Shown here in pieces: positions 36,501-42,272 of a stretch of 42,272 nt of DNA. The notes beneath the pieces are model-generated. The model searched no databases. It worked only from the letters and a program-made list of their open reading frames with translations, and was not told the origin of the DNA. Every line of letters begins with the position of its first letter. The stretch's first letter is position 1. The translations under genes and the position numbers were made by a program. The stretch comes from Spirogloea muscicola (taxonomy: Eukaryota). The DNA lies in NCBI GenBank assembly GCA_009602725.1, contig WELB01000020.1, positions 102,695 to 144,966 on the forward strand, written 5' to 3'.

Positions 36501-37665
36501 CGTGCATCGTCATGGCTTCGGTGTTGAAGAGGTGCTGCATGCGGAGGTCCATGCGAACGGCACGCATGCGATCCCAGAGAAAGCTGTGCAAGGGGAGGAG
36601 CTCCGCCTCAGGCGCGTATGGTCGTTCGAGGAGGCTGAGCAGGTGCCCCATCGTGGCGTACAGCACGGGCATCGGGCGGATCAGCACCTCCTCCCGCAGT
36701 GCTGTCCGTGTGTACTGTCGAAGCAGCGTCCGACCCCACAACCTCCAGTCAGATGATCAGGCTCAGCATTGGTAGTGCGGAGTGCAAGCACCTCTGGTGA
36801 CAATTGCTCGACTGGTTAATAAGACCCCAAGGCTCACCTTCTTTACGGCGAGGTCGGCAGTGGTCCGCTTTCTGTCGCCGTCTACGCGCTCGTAACGATC
36901 CAGATCGCCTTTGCGCTCGCGCTCTTCCCTCTCCTGTTCTGTGGAGGAGCACATGCAGCGGTTTGCCTCCATAAGACAGGGCACTAAAAGGGCACCGATT
37001 CCACCATCAACACACCAGACAGGTCATGTGCGCTTCTGCAACTATTGCTTAGCTACTGCCGGCAAGGAGCTAACGAGATGCTGATACAACAATCCTCGCC
37101 CGCTGGAAGCTTGCGAGGCCATAGCTCATGGGCCTTGCTCGGCGTAGCAAGGGCTGAGTCGTTCTCATGAGGATCAACCCTAGGCAGTGACCGATCGGCG
37201 CCAGGACATGTCAGGCCGACGCTCACGAGGGCACATGTCCGGGCAAGTCCCCTGGATGGCCTCCACGCTGCGGTAGTCGCCGTCGTCGCCGTCCACCATC
37301 GCGTTGCCGCCAGCGTCAGGCGGGGCACGCTCGTACACCGGAGAGGGCTCGCGCTCCCCCGCCGCGGGCGGGACCTCCGCCAGCTCGGCGGCGCCGAAGC
37401 GCTGCAGCCGGAGCTGCCGGAGGGCGTCCTCCTTGCTGCACAGCGCAGCATGACGACTTCCCCGGGTGAGCGCGCGCGCGGTGGCCGTGTACAAGCGCAG
37501 CGAGAGCTGTAGCCGCATGTCGAGCCGGAAGATGTGGCGGCGGGCGCGGGAGCGGGCGCGCACCGGACGTCATCTGCGCCGCGTTGTCCGGCCATGCCCC
37601 ACGCCGTCGCGCCGCCGCCTGGCCCAGAAGGCCGGCCGCGGCTGCCGCCGGCATCCGCGCCACCT
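30505..37665 (-). CDS. SAC3B: SAC3/GANP family protein (TREX-2 scaffold, plant SAC3B type), many exons; 5' end unresolved at n 37666
   Basis: IQGTCPDMCP, ERERKGDLDRYERVDGDR, LAVKK/YTRTA, IRPMPVL, FLWDRMRAVRMDLRMQH, IRFHILAMHELCE, EFRGYYALLK and ATYLQACLMHAHFAK, followed by a coiled coil and a long C-terminal region; stop at 30505. Confidence 0.93.
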
Positions 37666-37940
37666 NGAGCCACGGCCTCCGGTGATGGCAAGGAGGCACA
37701 GAAAGAAAGGGCCATATTCTAAACGATAGGAAGAAACACTCTTTCTGTACTGATCAAGCGGTGGGTAGGTGGGGTGAAGTGTTTCATTTCCTGAGAGTGT
37801 GCTCCTAAACGCACATGAAAAGAAGAAAGCGGCTGCTGATATCAAAGGGGGGGCCGAGGGACATAAGGGGCCCGGAGGTGGACGCACACTCCAGTCCGCA
37901 GGCCGCGCCGCGGCGCCATGGCGGCCGGGCCCCCCCCGCC

Positions 37941-38806
37941 ATGCCAGGCGCGCCGCGCCCGCCGCCGGGCTTCCGCCCGCTCCTGCGCCTCGCGCCCGTC
38001 TGCGCCGCCTCCGTGCCCGACCTGCGCCGCCTCAACGCCGCGCTCTTCCCCATCGCCTACCACGACGGCTTCTACGCCGACGCCCTCGCTTCCGGTGGCT
38101 ACACCCGCCTCGGTACCGCCGCCGCCGCCGCCGCAGCCCGGCTGCCGTTCTTGCGGCTCCTCTCCCCTGCCTCCCTTCGGGCTGGCCCGCTGCAAAGCCA
38201 GCCCCTGACGCCTGCTTGGCCTCCTGCCCGGCAGCGTACCATGAGGACGCCTGCGTCGGCGCCATTGCCTGCCGTGTGGAGCCCCAGGAGGACGGCTCCC
38301 CGGGGTCCCGCCTGTACATCATGACGCTCGGCGTGCTCGCCCCTTACCGCAGGCTTGGCATCGGTACGCATGGCTCCAATCGATGTTGCTCCCAATGCTT
38401 CTCCGCACCTGTGGTGCACCGTTCCTCCTGGGAAGCCCAGTAATCGTTGTTGGCAGCCTGCCGGGCCCGCCGCCTCTCTCGTGGAGCACGACGAAGCTGA
38501 GCGGGCCGCTGGCCCTGCCAGGAGGCACCTGCCCATGGTGCAGGAGCCTGACTGTGCTGGCATGGTCCGTTATCTCCCATGGCTGCTGCTGCAGCGACCA
38601 AGTTGCTGGAGGACTGCCTGGAGCTCTGCCACGAGGACGAGAGCATCTACGAGGTGTATCTGCACGTGCAGGTGAACAACGAGGAGGCGCTTTCCTTCTA
38701 CCGCAGGGCGGGGTTCGAGATTGCGGAGACCATCCACAACTACTACCGGCGCATTGAGCCGCCCCACTGCCACGTGGTCCGGCGTACCCTCAGGGAAATC
38801 TACTAG
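37941..38806 (+). CDS. NAA50: N-alpha-acetyltransferase 50 (NatE catalytic subunit), 3 exons
   Basis: LRRLNAALFPIAYHDGFY, VGAIACRVE, LYIMTLGVLAPYRRLGI, YLHVQVNNEEALSFY, NYYRRIEPP. Confidence 0.92.
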
Positions 38807-39370
38807 TGCCCGCCTTGGCGCACTTTGCATGCGAGCAGTGCGCCGTTGCGTGGCTCTGTGCTTGTGCCTTGGTCTTCTTGCTCGTGCTTGGCGTCCACCT
38901 TCACAGTTGCTAATTACTTAGGACCTTGCCTGGTCATTGACAATCCTGTTAGCTGCACTTGGACTTACCAGCCTCAGCATGACTTGCATGCCTTGTTCTC
39001 GCCTTGTTCATACAACCAACTCTGCCCAGCAAGCTATCCGATTGGCAGACCAGCTTGTAGTAGAGCTGGCCAAATTACCTTAACACAGCTTGTATTCAGC
39101 AATTGTGTCTGATGTCTTTGCTGCACATTGGTGGACTGGTTGTTCTTGCACACCATTAAGTGTGCTTGCCATCATTTGCTGCCTTCAGAAATACGAGCAG
39201 AAGAAGCTGGCTTGCCTGGATGGAGTAACTGCTGCTGCCAGGGGAAGCTGTGAGTACATTGTTACGCCTGCTTGGGGGGCGCAGCTCAGGTTGCAATTTG
39301 TCTTTTGTGGTGTATTACATTCTGCTGTGCTTGCAGCTGCACATGTGTCTCACCAGCAGCAGTTTACAGA

Positions 39371-41957
39371 AAGAAGTAGCACTCCCACTGGGGGCAAGGG
39401 CTGCAAACAGCCAGCCCGAAAATGAATTGACAAAGGTTGGAAGGGGCCAAATGATGGAGGGGCCTACAAAGCGCTGAGCAGCTTCGAAGGGGCCTGAAGA
39501 TGCTATATGTCAGAACGGGGGAGGATGGACCTTTCAGTAGTTACGAGTGAGGAGCCTCAAATCCGACAGACTAGCTGCCGGAAGATTATCCCTCTGACGA
39601 AAGCCGGAGGCCGCAGCGAGCACGGCCAGCACGCAGATGCGAGGAGTGGGGCATTTGACTGCTGAAGGGAGTCGGACAATTGCGTACAATATACCTGAGC
39701 CCACAAGCCAGCCGAGTGAAGACGTTACGTTTACAGTTTACAGGTCTAGCAAAAGCATTTACTTTTGTACGAAAAGCACCCGTCCGAATAGCACCAGGGG
39801 CCAGCATTCAAGCTGAATAGTCTGGAGGTTGTGATAGGTTGCAAGAAGTAAGTGCCTGCCCATAGAGGAGAGGGGCTGGCAAAGCCAGCCCGAAAAGAAT
39901 GGACAGTGTCCAAAGCCAAAGAAAAAGAGGTGCCGAAGGCAAGGCCCCAGACACATTGAGCTGCCAGGCTCCAGGTTGAGGGAGTAGGGCGTCTGGTAGG
40001 AAGAAGTGCTCGCCCATAGAGAAGATGGAAGTGCGCGCCCATAGAGAAAGAAAGGGCTCGCCCATTGAGGATAGGGGCTGGAAAAAGCCAGCCCAAAAAA
40101 GAATGAACAAAGGACGAGTAGGGGCCAGGGGAAGTACGAAGAACAACAAGCACAAAAAAGAAACGAAGCAGCTACGAAGCACTCAGTAACCCCTGCTAAG
40201 CAGCCTCAGGTCAGAGAGACTGGGTTCCTGGAAGCGGGTCCCCTGGCCAGAGCTAGAGGCAGCAGCGAGGTCTTCGCCTGCACGCAGGTGCAGCGCGCGG
40301 GCCATAGACCTCTGCAGCGAGACGGCCAAGCGCATGCGGTACACCTGCGCTAGCGACCCTGCTGCATGGGAGTCCACCCTGCTGCATGGGAGTCCACCGG
40401 CTCCCCATGGAAGCGGCGGACAATGGCGTGGCGTGAGAGTTTGTTGAGCAGCTCGAGCCACCGAGCGCCCAGCGCCCCGTGCGTATCGATGGCGAGCGGG
40501 AAGAATTCGTCTTCCCGCGGGTGGTCTAAGTATTTTAGCTCCTTGGCCCGAGCGGCGCAGGCTACCGCATACCCAGCCTTGGTGGCACACTGGGTTGGGT
40601 GTGAGCGGTCATATGAGTCAGTGGTCACCACGTCCAGGAGAAGACGTGGCCCGCCTGCTGGTGGGGTGGCCACATGCCCGGCTTCAACGCCGCCGGTTCG
40701 CTCGCACAAGTCTTCCACATGCGCCTGGCCGTATCGCTTCAACGCTCCCTTGCCCACGCCGTCCACACGCAAGCAGGCCGTGCTATGGCCGCCGCCTCTG
40801 GGTCTCGGCGGAGTGCCTCTTTCCCTGCAGCGAGCTACTCAGACCTTATGTTGCTCACTCGTGGGTACTGAGCTTCCCTCTGCATCGTCTATGTGTTCTG
40901 CAGTGTTTTGTAGTGTAGTCCCTTTTCCGGCTCCTCTTACTTTGGCTTTGGACATTGTCCATTCTTTTTTGGGCTGGCTTTGCCAGCCCCTCTTCTCTAT
41001 GGGCGCGCACTTTGCCACAAGGTCGACGCGACGAGCGTGGAAATTGTCGGCCCGTTGCTGGAGCGGTATGACGGCGGAATAGAGAAGAGGGGCTGGCAAA
41101 GCTGGTAGGAACGTCAGGAGCGCCACTATGTCAGCCAAAAGCGGCTCTGGTCGCCAGCTCACTGCCCCATTCCCATTGTGTAATTTTGTCTTTCCTGGCA
41201 CTGTTTTGTGGCCTTTTGAGGCCCCCTGGCTGTGGATGTGCACGGGGCTCTCGGATCCCACTGGCTCGACCTGTTGGCCAAGCTTGCACGGCGCGCTGTG
41301 TCCCGCAGGCGCGGTGAGCCGGCTGACTTCAACGCAACTGGCTCGTGGGCTCAGGTATATCGTATGCGCTTGTCCGTCTCCCTCCAGCGGCAATTTCCAG
41401 CATCGACCCACATCGCTGGCCACGCAGTGGGCAGTGCTGAACAAAGAAAGTTGCAGCACTACTCCGATTTCCCCCGATGTGATCAGCTCTTGCCAGCGGC
41501 AATCGACATCTTTGGCTGCTTAGGTCCTCGTTTCCTTACTCTCCTTCAAAACATAGCAAATCTAGGCTACACACGACATGCAGATGTGTTCCCGGCTGAG
41601 ATGGGCTTGCCAGCTGCTTATCTGTTGTTGTTGCGACGACGAGTTTCGGCCTGTTTGCAGCGTGCTCAGGCTAATGCTTTGCACCAGAAAGCTGGGCGAG
41701 CTCTAGATGGTGGCAGAAGGGCTTCGTATCTGCCATTTAGTATCCAGGCATCGGTAAGCGACCTTTATGTTTTGACCCGTGGTTACTGAGCGGGTCAATC
41801 TACTGTAGGTTATGTAGGTCTGAAGATGTGCTTGCCTTTGTTCTTCAGGCCCCACAGTCGCTGCTTAGCTCGTACTTTGGCCCCTTCGAACCTTGTCAAT
41901 TCTTTTCGGGCTGGCTTCTCACAGCCCTTGCCCCCATTGGGAGAGCCACTTCTCTCT
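39371..41957. mobile_element. Second nested cluster of CRE-like non-LTR retrotransposon fragments, including most of an RLE endonuclease domain
   Basis: 40183-40675 (minus): LLLDVVTTD...AGYAVACAARAKELKY...FFPLAIDTHGALG...RLAVSLQR...LLSRGY*, a PD-(D/E)xK RLE signature. Further copies at 39371-39710 (-), 40674-41012 (+), 41216-41390 (+), 41391-41845 (+) and 41840-41957 (+). Confidence 0.88.
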
Positions 41958-42082
41958 CGGACTTTCCGACCGTTGGGCGCCCGCGCCCGCCGCTCGCGCC
42001 GCCGCCGTCGTCGCCGGCGACGACGGCGGCGGCCGTATTGCCCCCTGCCGCCGCCGGCTGGCGCGCTCGCTCCGCCGCGCTC

Positions 42083-42272
42083 ATGGCCGCGCCAGGCCCC
42101 GGGGCCCCCCACGGGCGCCGCCTTGCCGGCTGCCGAGCTCCACCAGTCATCCTCCTCAGGCCTTTCTTCTGCCCCCGACCGTTGTGGCGCCCGGCGACGG
42201 CGACGGCGGCGGCCCCAGTCCCCCTCGGCGCCCCCGCCATCGCTGTGCCAGGCCCCGCGGCTCCCTTGGGCG
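42083..42272 (+). CDS. Possible first exon of a gene continuing beyond the window
   Basis: ATG in a GC-rich (gcc)n context like the other gene starts; the frame stays open to the window end; no recognisable domain. Confidence 0.25.
   Translation, partial: MAAPGPGAPHGRRLAGCRAPPVILLRPFFCPRPLWRPATATAAAPVPLGAPAIAVPGPAAPLG

Noticed and set aside
1..38806. Immunity gene cluster (CPR5, LysM, PR-1-like, NAA50, ATG10)
   Set aside because: The genes are interspersed with unrelated housekeeping genes and nothing in the sequence shows co-regulation, so this is probably coincidence.

Overview
Eukaryotic, GC-rich, intron-rich nuclear DNA with a plant-lineage gene set, most consistent with a streptophyte green alga (inference; the species cannot be determined here). 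It holds about 12 spliced genes: a CPR5-like nucleoporin, a DENND11/LCHN-like protein, an NTF2-like protein, ATG10, serine acetyltransferase, an atypical SDR, a membrane-anchored LEA-like/LysM protein, two CAP/PR-1 paralogues, the 5' end of a BRO1-domain gene cut at an assembly break, SAC3B/GANP and NAA50. The main non-genic signal is a set of at least five divergent families of 5'-truncated non-LTR retrotransposons with a restriction-like endonuclease (CRE-like). They share a C-terminal L(T/S)R(G/N)Y-stop, a bulged 3' stem-loop and C/T-rich tails. They pile up in intergenic clusters (12.1-12.6, 22.0-25.5 and 39.4-42.0 kb), apparently by inserting into each other's TTC/CTT tracts, down to about 16-nt insertions with target-site duplications. 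Family assignments come from remembered motifs, not database searches. Exon boundaries were read by eye. N positions (10263, 13167-13616, 24456, 28765, 37666) hide several 5' ends.
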